From Octopus sinensis (taxonomy: Eukaryota): a stretch of DNA of 64,000 bases. The stretch is from assembly GCF_006345805.1 (NCBI RefSeq), contig NC_043009.1, positions 53,754,001 through 53,818,000 on the forward strand. The letters run 5' to 3'. The notes under the pieces are model-generated. The model was not told the origin of the DNA. It worked only from the letters and a program-made list of their open reading frames with translations, and searched no databases. Below, one piece after another: positions 1 to 12,318 of this stretch (positions within the stretch are counted from its first letter, which is position 1; each line of letters opens with the position of its first letter). Position numbers and translations under genes: made by a program.

Positions 1-533
1 TAATAATAATAGTAGTAGTAGTAGTATTGGTTATGGTGGTAGTAGTGATGGCGTGGGTGGAAGTGCTGGTGATGGTTGTGGTGGAGGCGATGGTGGTATC
101 TGCGGTAGCGCTGCAGTATTAGTAGTTGTAATAGTAGTAATAATAATAATAATAATAATAGTAGTAGTAGTGGTGATGGTGGTAATAGTGATGGCGTGGG
201 TGGAAGTGCTGGTTGCTGTGATGGTGATGGTGGTGGTGGTGGAAGCGATGGTGGTGTCTGTGGTGGCGGTGGTGCTGGTCATGGTCGTCGTTCTGGTAGA
301 ATTATTAGCAGTTTTGATATTGTTGGTCATCGTCGCCATCGTTGCCGTGGTGGTCATTGTAGTAGTCATCATCGTGGTAGTAGTGGTGGTGGTGGTAATG
401 GTGGGGATGGTGATGGTGGGGGTGGTGATGATAGGTGCGGTGATGGTGGTGATGATAGGTGCGGTGATGGTGGTGATGATAGGTGCGGTGATGGTGGTGA
501 TGATGGGGATCGACATCGTCATTATCGTCTTTT

Positions 534-565
<32 letters not shown>

Positions 566-570
566 ATAGT

Positions 571-653
<83 letters not shown>

Positions 654-665
654 CAGCAGCAGTAG
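1..665. repeat. Low-complexity GGT/GAT/AGT/AGC trinucleotide tract with an embedded 24-bp minisatellite
   Basis: (TAG)n, (TAA)n, (CAG)n and (GGT)n runs; unit ggtggtgatgataggtgcggtgat about 3.5 times at 421-505. ORFs are open in several frames, as expected for triplet repeats. Confidence 0.85.
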
Positions 666-1004
666 GTCTGTGGTTGCGATTTTCCAGGCTGCATATTTCC
701 ATGATTAGTTTGCCGGTACCCTTAGTGGTTCGAAAGGTTTTTGAGCTGTAGTGGTTATGTTTTGTAACTGTGGGGTGCGGCCCGGTCCGGGCTCTGGTGG
801 TAAGAGTACAGTGCTATATGATTGATGTTGTTATGGTTGTGGCAGTAGTAGTGGTGATAATGGTGGAACTGTCGCAGTTAATGATAATGGGACGGCATTA
901 GATTTTTCTGAAAGTGCGTCTGGATGATGATCGATGCCGCAGAAGTGAAGCTAGTTGTTGAGAAGTTTTTGCTAGTGCCCGTTGTAATGTAGATGTTGTC
1001 GTTG

Positions 1005-1240
1005 TCTTCTTCTTCTTTTTCTTCTTCTTCTTCTTCTTCTTCTTCTTCTTCTCTTCTTCTTCTTCTTCTTCTTTCTGCTCTTCTCATAATCTTCTTCTTC
1101 ATCGTCTTATTCTTCTATTCTTCTCTCTTCTTCGTCTTCTTCATATCTTTTTCGTCTTTTTTCTTTTTTTTCTTCAAAAATCTTCTTCTCTTCTTCTTCG
1201 TCTTCTTCTTCTTCTCTTCTTCTTCTTCTTCTTCTTCTTT
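1005..1240. repeat. (CTT)n-rich polypyrimidine microsatellite
   Basis: Imperfect tcttct repeats seen directly. Confidence 0.9.
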
Positions 1241-1279
1241 CGTTTCCTGCAACATATGTGGTATACACAAGTGGATCTA

Positions 1280-1385
1280 TCAAGGACTGTGGGGTACTCT
1301 GCCATTTGCACGTTAATTTCATTTGCAGGCTGTTCCGTTGACCGGATCAACCGGAACCTTCGTCGTCGTACCGATGGTGTGTCAG
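1280..1385 (+). mobile_element. 3' fragment of SINE family C
   Basis: gcacgttaatttca...caggctgttccgttgaccggatcaaccggaacc..cgtcgtcgta matches the reverse complement of the tail of the copy at 20759-21146. Confidence 0.8.
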
Positions 1386-1399
1386 TATTCACCCCACCA

Positions 1400-1431
<32 letters not shown>

Positions 1432-1504
1432 GATATATATATATATATATTTATATACACAAATAGATAGATAGATAAATAGATAGATAGACAGATAGAT
1501 ACCG

Positions 1505-1635
1505 TTAGATTCATCAGTAAGAAATAGCCAAGTCGGAACAGATATTTTTCACGAGGCATTCCCGTCCCTGCCTCGGCAGGGACACTCGTGAAAAATATCT
1601 GTTCCGACTTGGCTATTTCTTACTGATGAATCTAA
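1505..1635. repeat. Perfect 51-bp inverted repeat (foldback) with a nested 9-bp hairpin
   Basis: 1505-1555 is the exact reverse complement of 1585-1635; gtccctgcc (1564-1572) pairs with ggcagggac (1575-1583). Confidence 0.95.
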
Positions 1636-1946
1636 GGGCCTATGGTAGATTGGCTTGATTTAATTTAATCAGGTTAGTTTACCATTAAACAGTAGATGAA
1701 ACGGTGCATCGTATAAGAAATTACAGGGTAAATGTTTTTTTAATTTTCTCCTGGTTTACGGAATTGATGTTATTTTGCGGTTGAAGCTTTTGGCTGTTAT
1801 TTCTAGTGAGGTGAATGGCCTATTATGGCCGTTCCTTGATTGTGATGTTGAACTTAAAAATGGTCTATGACTATTTAATTTTTTCCCACTAGGCCGCTGG
1901 TGGCAAAAAAAATTCTACAAAATTTTTTGCCACCCTATATTGATTA

Positions 1947-1990
<44 letters not shown>

Positions 1991-2035
1991 ATATAATATA
2001 TATATATGTACATTATATATATATATATATATATA

Positions 2036-2380
2036 GGTGCGGTCGTGACTGTGTGGTAAGAAGCTTGCTTCCGAACCACATCGTTCTGAGTTCGTCTACT
2101 ATAGTCTCGGGATGACCAAGTCCTCGTGAGTGGATTTGGTAGACGGAAACTGAGAGAAGCCCATGGTATATATATATATATTATATATATATGCATGTTC
2201 GTGTGTCTGTGTTTATCCTGTCACCATCACTTGACAGCCGATCTTGGTGTGTTTGCGTCCCCGTAACTTAACGGTTTGGCAAAAGAGTCCGATAGAATAA
2301 GTACTGTGTTCAACGAAAGGCGGTGCCCCAGTATGGCAGCAGTCAAATGATTTAAACAAATAAAAGAATATATGAATAAA
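2036..2380 (+). mobile_element. tRNA-derived SINE family B, internally deleted copy
   Basis: Head ggtgcggtcgtgactgtgtggtaag, gagtggatttggtagacggaaactg, internal TA tract and tail gatagaataagtact...ggcggtgccccagtatggc; matches 48874-49334 and 58744-59180. Confidence 0.85.
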
Positions 2381-2704
2381 GGATAGATATATATATATAT
2401 ATATATATAGATATATATATATATATATATTTGGGATAGCTTTCCTCACAGTCTCCGTTCATCAAATTCACTAAAATGCATTGTACTTGTGTTCTTGTCG
2501 GCCTGTGGCTATTATATGTAAACTTTGCAATGGAATATCAAGCCAACATCTTGGTACTTTGCTGGTGTTGCACAGAGCCCTGCGAAGTAATTTCCATGAA
2601 AAGTCAATCCTACCGATCAAATAACCACGCAATAGTACCTTCACTGTCTCTCAATATGGTGTATACTTTTATTATTTTTGGCTTAAGGCCAGCAATTTTG
2701 GGAA

Positions 2705-3050
2705 ACCGAGACGCTTTCGATTTAACTCCCTTGGCCAGTTATAAAAGTAAATGGATCAAGTCTGTTTGGAGTTAATTATCTTGGCCATTTATAAACGACA
2801 TATGGAAACGTTTTCCAGTTACCTACCTTGGCCATATTTAAAATTGCATAAATCAAACAAGACGCTTTTGTGTTCGCTCCCATAGTAATTTATGGACGTA
2901 CAGAGACGAAGGTAGTTTTCTTTTAGCTACATTAGTTATTTATAAAACTATATAGACCAAGATACATTTGATTGCTACCTTGGTTATATATAAAACTGTA
3001 TACATCAAGACAGTTTTCAGTTAGCTTCTGCGATCATGTATAAAACACTG
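2705..3050. repeat. Diverged minisatellite of about 50 bp (about 7 units)
   Basis: Motif caaga...tt.agtta.ctaccttggcca.ttataaaa recurs near 2730, 2780, 2827, 2880, 2930, 2979 and 3030. Confidence 0.6.
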
Positions 3051-4321
3051 CACTACTAAAAGGCTAACGGCAACAGAATCCTTTCTTACATGTTTGAAGC
3101 TTAATCAACTCTGCCTTGTGTACTTCTCAAATTTTTTTTTTCCTTTAAAGAAGTGCTATTTCTGATATTGTTATATTTATTACTTTTTTTTTTTTTTCGC
3201 TGTGGCATAGCTAAGATCTTTGAGGATGACATTTCAAGGAATATTTCTTTACTTATTTGTTTCTGTTTTGTTTACTTATTTATTTATTTATTTATTTATT
3301 TATGCTCATTATCTCTGCTTGGTAATGATTGCAAAATCTTCTCGAATCCACCAACGTGCATTTCTAAAGATTAATGAATATTAAACTTCATTGTTATTAT
3401 AATTAACTGAAGAATTAGCAACAGAGAAGAGAAAGAAAGATAGAAAGATAGAAAGAAAGAAAGAAAGAAGGACAGAAAGAAAGACAGAAAGAAGGAAAGA
3501 CGGCAAGATAGAAAGAAAGAAAAGGGATGGTTTAAGTAACCATTTGTTCGTTTGGTTTGCTAACCCACGACGTAACTATCTCTATCCCAAACCGTATCGT
3601 TCCTTTACTATCAATCTCAACAGCATTTATTCTGAAATTCAAAAGCTTTTTCTCTTTTTTCATCCTGTAATCAAAGTTCAGTTTGTTTATTTATTTTTTC
3701 ATCAGCTTCTTCCGGTTTAGATCCACTTTCATTATCGAGTGAAATGCCAAGAGACAAAGGAAATACTTTCGTTACTTTTTGTTTTAATGTTTTATGTTTG
3801 AAACTTGTTTTTTTTTTTGTGTGTGTGTTTGTCACCCGGCTCATTTCAAAGATTCCTATCTCGCTTCATTACTTGTGATATCTGGTTCCCTTTCTTCTGG
3901 ATTATCCAAACTGATAACCATTTTCCTGCATTAATCTATCACGTTTCTTAACAGACCCATTCATCATATCTTGAGTTTGAGACATCCCTCACCATGACAC
4001 TCGTTTTTTGTTTGCTTTCGTGATGTCATAACTGGTCGGTTATATTTCACAATCGTCTTTCTTAACGCACGCCTACTCACTATTTTACTATGTGAAAATG
4101 GTACCGCCCTTTACTAGAAGTTACTCGTTCACACACAATACATAATCTGCACCATCATAGCGTACATAATAGTGCATATTCATTACTAACCCAGACAAGC
4201 CCTCAGATACAAGGGCGAAGGGAAAATTCGATCTAAGTCCTTGAATAATACTTCATTACATTGCCTCTAGGAGGGTGGAGCGTAAAGCTGACTTTAAGAC
4301 TCATTCTTTTTTCTCTCTGTA

Positions 4322-4355
<34 letters not shown>

Positions 4356-4368
4356 CATATATAATATA

Positions 4369-4408
<40 letters not shown>

Positions 4409-4609
4409 TGCACGCATACATCTTTGCAATGTAATGCTATTTATGTATATATGCTTGTGCGGAAAGCTGTTGGATTGCATTATATGCGTGTACATTTGAA
4501 TGCATATAGTATGCACATATGTGATGGTGTGTATATATTTGTGTGTGTGTTTGCGTCTTTGTGTGCGCGCGCGCGCGCGCGCGTTCATTCCAGGAAACTT
4601 AAATATTGA

Positions 4610-5630
4610 ACCTTTGAAATATTTAGAAAATCGTCACTGCATTACCAATCGATTTGGTTTTAAAGATGTGTTTCAGTTTACTTTCAACGTTCTTGAAAAG
4701 TTCCATTTCCGGAATTTTTTTTATATAAGAATGTTGTTACATAGCCCAGTTCCCCAATGATAATAGGTACAAATGAAATTCTATAGCCTGGATAGTGTAG
4801 CTGTTAAGTTTCGAATTATTTCAGACGAGATAATAACATTCACTTGACAGCTCAACTCTACAACACTGTATTACTTTTGTTCTCTCTTTCCCATACAGCA
4901 AAATTACGCTTGTTTGTGTTTGCACTGCATGGATATTTTTATATAAAATGTCTCTCTAGTGTTCCAGATTTTTTTAATGTCCAACTGCATTCTGATTAAA
5001 GTTTGATTAATGTATGTTCTTTTTAAAGGCTATCCTTCCACTGGATAGCAGTGAAAATAATTTTAGCAATATTGCTATATCTCATCGGAAATAGACAGCT
5101 ACACACTTGGTGATGATGGTGTGGGGAATAATTTCTCCACGGGTATGACACATTCAAAGTTCTCTGTGCCAAAGAGAGATTTTCAAGTTTATTTTATTTT
5201 TTTCAATTGATTAGTTATTTAGTAGTTATCTGAATAGGGAAAAGGTATCGTTGTATCATTCTAGGAGAGATGTGATATATGTATTGCAACTTCATGATCG
5301 ACTACTCCTGCCGCCAATTTTCTTAATATTCTCAAAATGTTGGATATAGATCTTTGCACAGCCTTTTGCTGCTATAATACTATTCCCTTGAAAGTTTCCG
5401 TCAGGTCCATTCAGTTATCCTTGGTTCTAATGAATCAAATGTATACATAGAATAATATTCAAGAAATCTTCACCACTCAGGATGTTGTTATATAAAGATA
5501 AGTACAAATGTGGTTTTTAAAAGTACCAAATACTAAATTTATGATTTTGTTTCAACATCATTGTTATTGTTTCTAGCATGTAACAAAATACGTTGATCTT
5601 CTGACTTTAGTTCTGTTACCCCATCACTCT
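4610..5630 (-). mobile_element. Decayed R4/Dong-like (RLE) non-LTR retrotransposon fragment
   Basis: Minus-strand pieces CKH..., REQK.YSVVELSC and IRNL.QLHYPGYRISFVPIIIGELGYV align with the RLE domain at 17690-18300; many stops and frameshifts. Confidence 0.65.
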
Positions 5631-5914
5631 TCCTCTTTGTATATATATATATACAAAGAGGAGGAAAATTCCATATGTGGCTGAAGAGTGCTCTACAGTT
5701 TAAACTGATGTAATACTTACATTGTTTAATTAAATGAAGTAGCGTGAAACGATTGTACTACACTACCTTTGGATATCCTTGTTGCTTATTTTGATTATAA
5801 TCACCTCATTTGATTTATATGGATAATAGCATACCAAATTCTGGTGCCTTTAACTTAAGTACCATATTCATCTGAATCTAAATGTTTTCTGATGAACTTA
5901 TATATATATACATA

Positions 5915-5990
<76 letters not shown>

Positions 5991-6061
5991 CGCACACATA
6001 CATATGTATATATATCATTATCATCATTATCATCATCATCATTATCATCATCATCATCATT

Positions 6062-6275
6062 ATCTATTTTGTCCCCCCAGCATCGCTTTACAACCGATGC
6101 TGGTGTGTTTACTTCCCCGTAACCTAGCGGTTCGGCAAAAGAGGCCGATAGAATAAGTACTAAGGCTTACAAAGAATAAGTCCTGGGGTCGATTTGCTCG
6201 ACTAAAGGCGGTGCTCCAGCATGGCGGCAGTCAAATGGCTGAAACAAGTAAAAGAATAAAAAGAAACAAAGAAAA
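6062..6275 (+). mobile_element. SINE family B, 3' half
   Basis: caaccgatgctggtgtgtttac...gcggttcggcaaaagaggccgatagaataagtact...ggcggtgctccagcatggc. Confidence 0.9.
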
Positions 6276-7902
6276 GAAAGACTGGCATATAGAGGAACGC
6301 ATTCATTTCTTATTTTCATGAATAAAAATGGCGTTGTGCTGCAGAATTCGGTAGCATCCGTTTCCGTCACTTTAAATTTTCCATTCAGGTCTGCCCAAAG
6401 CCGACATGACGTTTTCCGGTACCTGAGGTAAGTAAACACTATTCACTTAACGGATTGTCACCTTGTACTTACACTACAAATCATAAGTTTTAATACAAAA
6501 TATATCACGAAGAAAAATATTTCGTTCTCACAGCAAATTACACAAGGAAAGATAAATGAATGTCTGCTTCAAGTTACGAAGAGAAAATTGAAATTGTGTA
6601 TTTTGTTATTTTTTTTATCTTCACGTATCTTTTACGTGTTTAGATTACATAGTTGCGTATTGGCAAATCAATCTATTGCTAGACAAGACATTGTATGCAT
6701 TTATTTGATCAGGTTTGTTGCCTTAAAACATTGATGAATTAAGGAGACAATAACAACGCTGTAATAAATGGAGAAACTTTCTTTCTTCTTTAAGCGAGGA
6801 AGCCTCCTCGCAGCTACATGCAGAGTTACACTAAAATAGCTGCTAAAAATATTACAAATCACAGTTTACCGACTTGAAAAAATTCTCCACCACCACCAAA
6901 GAAAAAATGAGCAATATATAACGTCAGCTTAGATATACGTTAGTGTTACGGATGAGTTTGATCAAAAGTCTCGTCTGTAATAGCTAATGTCAGGTTAGGC
7001 AACATGAAAAATAACAATAACGCTCTATAGATATTACGAGCTACCAAATTTTAAATTATTGTTGCTACAATACTTAGTCTGGTTGTGTGTTTAAAACATA
7101 AACAAATGATACTAAATCTTAAAACCCAAATAAAAAATTCAAAGTCTGTAGCACATCAATATAAAATGGGAAATTTGTAAGAAAGAATGAATTTAAGCTT
7201 CCAATAACAAGAATACGTATTCTATATTATGAACTAAAACTATATTGTATTTTACTAAGTATGAATTGACGAAGCAGAATAATTCTTATAGAACTGGCTA
7301 TATTGTTTTTCTATACAGGTTCTGGCTATCTACGCTCTGAGTTCAGATAATGTAAAGGTTAGAATTTATCCTTTCATAGCTGATAATAAAGTATCAAGTC
7401 TCGTGCAGTGGAATCGATGGATGGAAGAAATTTTGGATAACGTATAGAAAGTGTTGGTTGCCTGACGGTTTGACGCCAACATATGCGACGATATTGTTGT
7501 CAAGCTGCATATGCCCTAAATTGGAAATCTAGGGCATATTGCCCGAATTGGAAATTATTGATAGCATGTTGAGAGGAGACAGGCAAGCATGAGTAACTAT
7601 TAGCCAAGAATATTGCGTATAACAGCGTTCGATGTGCATCATCGTAATTGCCAAAGCAAGAGATACGATAATAGCGTAACATGTGACGTTGATGTGCCCC
7701 ACTTCCTTCCCCATGGGTGCATATAGCAAAGTCTTATAATATAACTACAGGTCGAAATTAGTTCTGATTTTCGGTGTAAGCGTAACAACATCCTTTTCAC
7801 AAAAACCTGTTGATCTCTACTAGGACTGGAAGTCAACGTCCGTGCTTGCCGGTGACCGCAGGTTTCGAAATCGAATTGCAGCCATTACTTATATATATAT
7901 AT

Positions 7903-7942
<40 letters not shown>

Positions 7943-8220
7943 ATATATGTATGTATATATATGTATATATATGCATATATTTATACATACATAGGCATTG
8001 AATGATGCACTTTATGTCATGCATAGAAGGAAATACTGTTATATCTGCTCAAAAAATTACTCGATTTAATTACGTTTACAAAGAATATGCGTTGTTATTG
8101 CTAGATCATTACGGAATATCTAATTATAACAATACAATAATGTCATTTCATTCACTTGAACAAGACAATAATGGAAATTGCTTTAAACAAAAACACACTC
8201 ATACGCGCTCACACACACAT

Positions 8221-8263
<43 letters not shown>

Positions 8264-9520
8264 CATATATATAGACATATAGTCTATCAAAGCAATAGCA
8301 AAGACACAGATCCTCCAGTGTGGTGTTAGTTGCGATGGCTAAAACTAGATTACAAAGCAATATTTATTTCTATTTTGTTTTAAAGAGGGCCATTAAAAAA
8401 CGACTTCTTTTTATAGAAAATATAAAAAAAGAATACCCAGAAACTTTAGTCCATTTAGTAAACATAAAATATAAAACGAGAAGAACATAATGTAAAATTG
8501 GAAGAATACAAACGAACAACTTGGACAATGTTTCTTTGTGTGTGGAAATGGTGTTTCATAATAAATCATTTATTTGAAAAGATTTAGAATTAAATCAATC
8601 ACTCCAATGCAAATGATTAACGGATAAAAAATAAATAAAATAGCGTTGCTGACTATCTCTTAGTTGAGATTAAAGAAACCACTAAATCATTTAATATTCA
8701 TATTGTGCAGGAAAAAAAAAACAGAAACACACACACAATTATTAGAAAACGAGCACCATTGCAACGTTTTTGTCTCCATTATTTCGAAGACTTAGAAATA
8801 TTTTATGGGCGACCAGTAGTCGATTGAATTAAACCACTCCCATTTCCCAAAACATGGTTACTGCTTATTCAAATGATCTGCGTTGAAAAAAAAAATATCC
8901 GACACTAATAACATTCGAACTCACAAACTATGTGTAAAGAAACAAATACGTTGTTACATTTAGTTAAGTGATCTATTGTGTCTGGCACAAGTTAACAAAA
9001 CTGAGGCTATATACTTATACGGCATGGTAGAAATATCAGCCTAATCTCCTTTATATAATATGCCAACGTATTCCACACATTAAATACTGTATGCTTACAA
9101 AAAATAATCAGCTGAATTGCCTTCAATCATAGGTTTGTTCGATTAGAGCAAGCCTACAGCTAAAAAAATTAATAGAAAATAATTATATCTGTCAATATAG
9201 AAATCAATAATTGCATTAATAAAAATGTCTAAACCATGTCTTTTAAGGAGTGAGACAGTAAATTAGATCAATGATATATTCTACGGGAAGTGACAGTCTA
9301 CTAAAATATGTGGCTAACATAGTATAGGGGAGGCAACATTGTTATATCAACCACATGTTTTATGGAGAGAAGAAAGTCTCTTACATATATTTTAGTATAG
9401 GGAAACAATTTGTAATATCAGCAATATGTATTTTCGGGGCGTGGGGAGGGATATGTTATATCACCCACATATTTTTGAAAGAGGCGATCAGTCAGGTGTT
9501 AGATAAACTCTTGTATTTTA

Positions 9521-9912
9521 TTGGTTTCTAATTTTGGCACAAGGCCTGAGATTTTGAGGGGAGGGGGTAAGTGGATTACATCGACTCCAGTGCACAACTG
9601 GTACTCATTTTGCTGAACCCGAAAGGCAAAAATCGACTTCAGTGGAATTTGAACTCAGAACATAGAGACAGACAAAATACCTATTTCTTTACTACCCACA
9701 AGAGTCTAAACACAGAGGACAAACAAGGACAGACAAACAGATTAAGTCGATTATATCAACCCCAGTGTGTAACTGGTACTTATTTAATCGACCCCGAAAG
9801 GATGAAAGGCAAAGTCGGCCTCGGCGAAATTTGAACTCAGAACGTAGCGGCAGATGATATACGGCTGAGCATTTCGCCCGGCGTGCTAACGATTCTGCCA
9901 GCTCGCAGCCTT
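9521..9912 (-). mobile_element. SINE family A dimer (A1 joined into the head of an A2-tail copy)
   Basis: Minus-strand head gagctggcagaatcgttagc (A box) and gagttcaaatt (B box), body gccgactttgcctttcatcctttcggggtcgat; a second body with a different tail at 9521-9680. Confidence 0.9.
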
Positions 9913-10440
9913 AGCTCTGGTATTGGATTAAGAGCTTGTTATATCATCAAACTTAACCAGAAAAAAAAAACAACGGTAAAAGATGGCGTTCAGTGTATAA
10001 ATCGCGCACGTATTAAAATAGATTACATTTTAAATATTACATGTTTATTTCCAGGCTGGGCCCGACTGGGCAAACTCATGAGCCCACGTATTTCCGTTTC
10101 CACTATCACGATTTCTACTGATCTATAGTGCCTTCTTGACTGCATGTAGTTTCCTTCCTATTTTAAAGCAGTAGGGTGTGGCTGATATTTCTAGCTGGTT
10201 GAACAACCATATAGAGACATCCATCGTTCTTTCTGTTATCGTTGTGGATGACATATTTGCTATTTTGATTAAAGATTCCACCCGAATTGACCTTATTTTT
10301 AATCATTTTGGGGTCGATAAAATAAACATCACTCAAACTGATCGATCGATATAAAGCCGACTACATTCTTCTCTGAAAATTCGTTGTTTTTTATTAAATT
10401 ACGAGATTTTCATCATTGGTGTTTTTGAGGAGTTTAAAAT

Positions 10441-11170
10441 CAGTAAAGGCGGACGAAATGCCGCTAAGAATTTTGTCTGGCACAGCAACGATGCCACCAC
10501 ATCGTCGCTTTACAACGTTATATTATATATTGGCTTTAAGCTTTGGCACAAAACCAGCAATTTCGAGAGAGAGAGGGTGAGTGAATTACATCGAATCCAG
10601 TGCTCAAATGGTACATATTTTATCGACCTCGAAAGGATAAAAATGTACAGTCAACTTCGGTGTAATTTGAACTCGGAACGTATAGACGGACGAAATTACC
10701 CGAAGCATTTTGCCCATGGCTTTAATAATTCTGCCGGTTCGCCTATTATAATGTTAAATTATATATCAATTCCAAATTTTGGCACAAGAACTGCAATTTC
10801 AAAGGAAGGATTAAGTCGATTATATCGATCCCAGTGCTCGAAAGGATGAAAAGTGAAGTCAACCCCGGCGGAATTTGAACTCAGAACGTAAAGAGGGAGA
10901 AATTGCTTTTAAGCATTTTGCCCAGTGTGCTAACGATTCAGCCAGTTCGCCTTCCTAACATTATATTACATATTGGTTTCACATTTTTGCACAAGACCAG
11001 TAGGTTCGGGGTGGAGGTAAATCGATTACATTGACCCTAGTACTCATCTAATACTTACATCATCGAGCCCGAAAGGAGGAAAGGCAAAGCTGACCTCGGT
11101 GGAATTTGAACTGAGAACATGAAGACGGGTGAAATATCGATGAGGATTTTGCCCAAGGTGCAACGTTATA
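10441..11170 (-). mobile_element. Head-to-tail array of about 3.5 SINE-A2 units (about 220-240 bp period)
   Basis: Repeated ttggcacaag...gattacatcga...gaaaggatgaaa...ggaatttgaactc...gcattttgccc blocks separated by similar AT spacers. Confidence 0.8.
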
Positions 11171-11395
11171 ATATATATTAAGAAATAATATTCTTAACGA
11201 AGAAGCTCATTTGCAACCACGTGGTTCCCTGTTCAGTCCCACTGCACCGCACCTTGGGGAAATGTGTACTGCTGGAGCCCTGAGCCGACAGATGCCTTTT
11301 ACGTTAATGAAAACCGCCTGGAAGGCCATTGTATACACATATCTACCTACCTACGCACACACAGACACACACACACACACCACACACACACACAC

Positions 11396-11427
<32 letters not shown>

Positions 11428-11437
11428 AGGGCAAACA

Positions 11438-12180
11438 ATTCGTGAGAAGAAAAATATAATTCACGATAATTAATTTGCTAAGTTATCATTAATTTTGTTA
11501 TTATCTGGAATGACTATTTAAAAAAATTATAACAACACAATTAATAATGTAGGCGATTGCAGGCCCAAGCAAAGCATTAGATAGCTGAGGGATTAAAATT
11601 ATAATTGAGGTAATATATTTTGTCAGTACAGAAACCGGTCCACGTGAGTCATTATACATAAATGTACGTTGAGAGTTTTTACTAACCTAATCTGTTTTCG
11701 GTTGATTTTTGTAGTTATCATCATTGTAATTTTGGCCGATTTAAATATGAGTTTTGACTGGTATTTCCATCAGGTAGACATATTTAGTATATCTTTTCAT
11801 TGATTTTAATTTTAATCCTTCAGCTATTTAATGCTTTTTTTGGGCCTGCAATTGCCTATATTATTAATTCTATTATTATCATTTTTTTAAATAGTCATTC
11901 CAGATAATAACAAAGTTAATGATATCGTACCAAATTAATTCTCGGGAATTATATTTTTTTCTCGTGAATGCAATTCGATTTCGGCGCAAAACGAATCAGA
12001 TGCAATTCGGTCTTCAATACAGGTAGTTGGGTCTCTTTTCATGGAAACACGTGCTGATGACGTTGAGGTGATTTCTTTTGCCAGTACAGAAACCAGTCCA
12101 TATGAGTCCTTATACTTAAATGTACGTTGAAAGATCTTATTAACCTAATCTGCTTTCGGTTGATTTCTGTAGTTATCACC
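11438..12180. repeat. Inverted repeat of about 165 bp plus direct repeat of about 115 bp
   Basis: 11438-11605 is an imperfect reverse complement of 11805-11970; 11607-11720 is repeated directly at 12064-12180. Confidence 0.85.
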
Positions 12181-12265
12181 TGTGTAACTTTTGTCGATTT
12201 AAATAAGATTTCTCATTTATTTCCAGCAGACAGACATACTTAGTATGTCCTTTGATTAATTTTAA

Positions 12266-12318
<53 letters not shown>

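Noticed and set aside
31-751. Long Thr-rich (mucin-like), Val-rich and Gly/Ser-rich ORFs
   Set aside because: Open in three frames because of triplet repeats; adjacent complex sequence has stops in all minus frames and no domain. A mucin exon cannot be fully excluded without RNA-seq.
1887-1934. Short hairpin ggtggcaaaaaa/ttttttgccacc and a CTCF-like word
   Set aside because: Short and A/T-run dependent; the motif match is weak.
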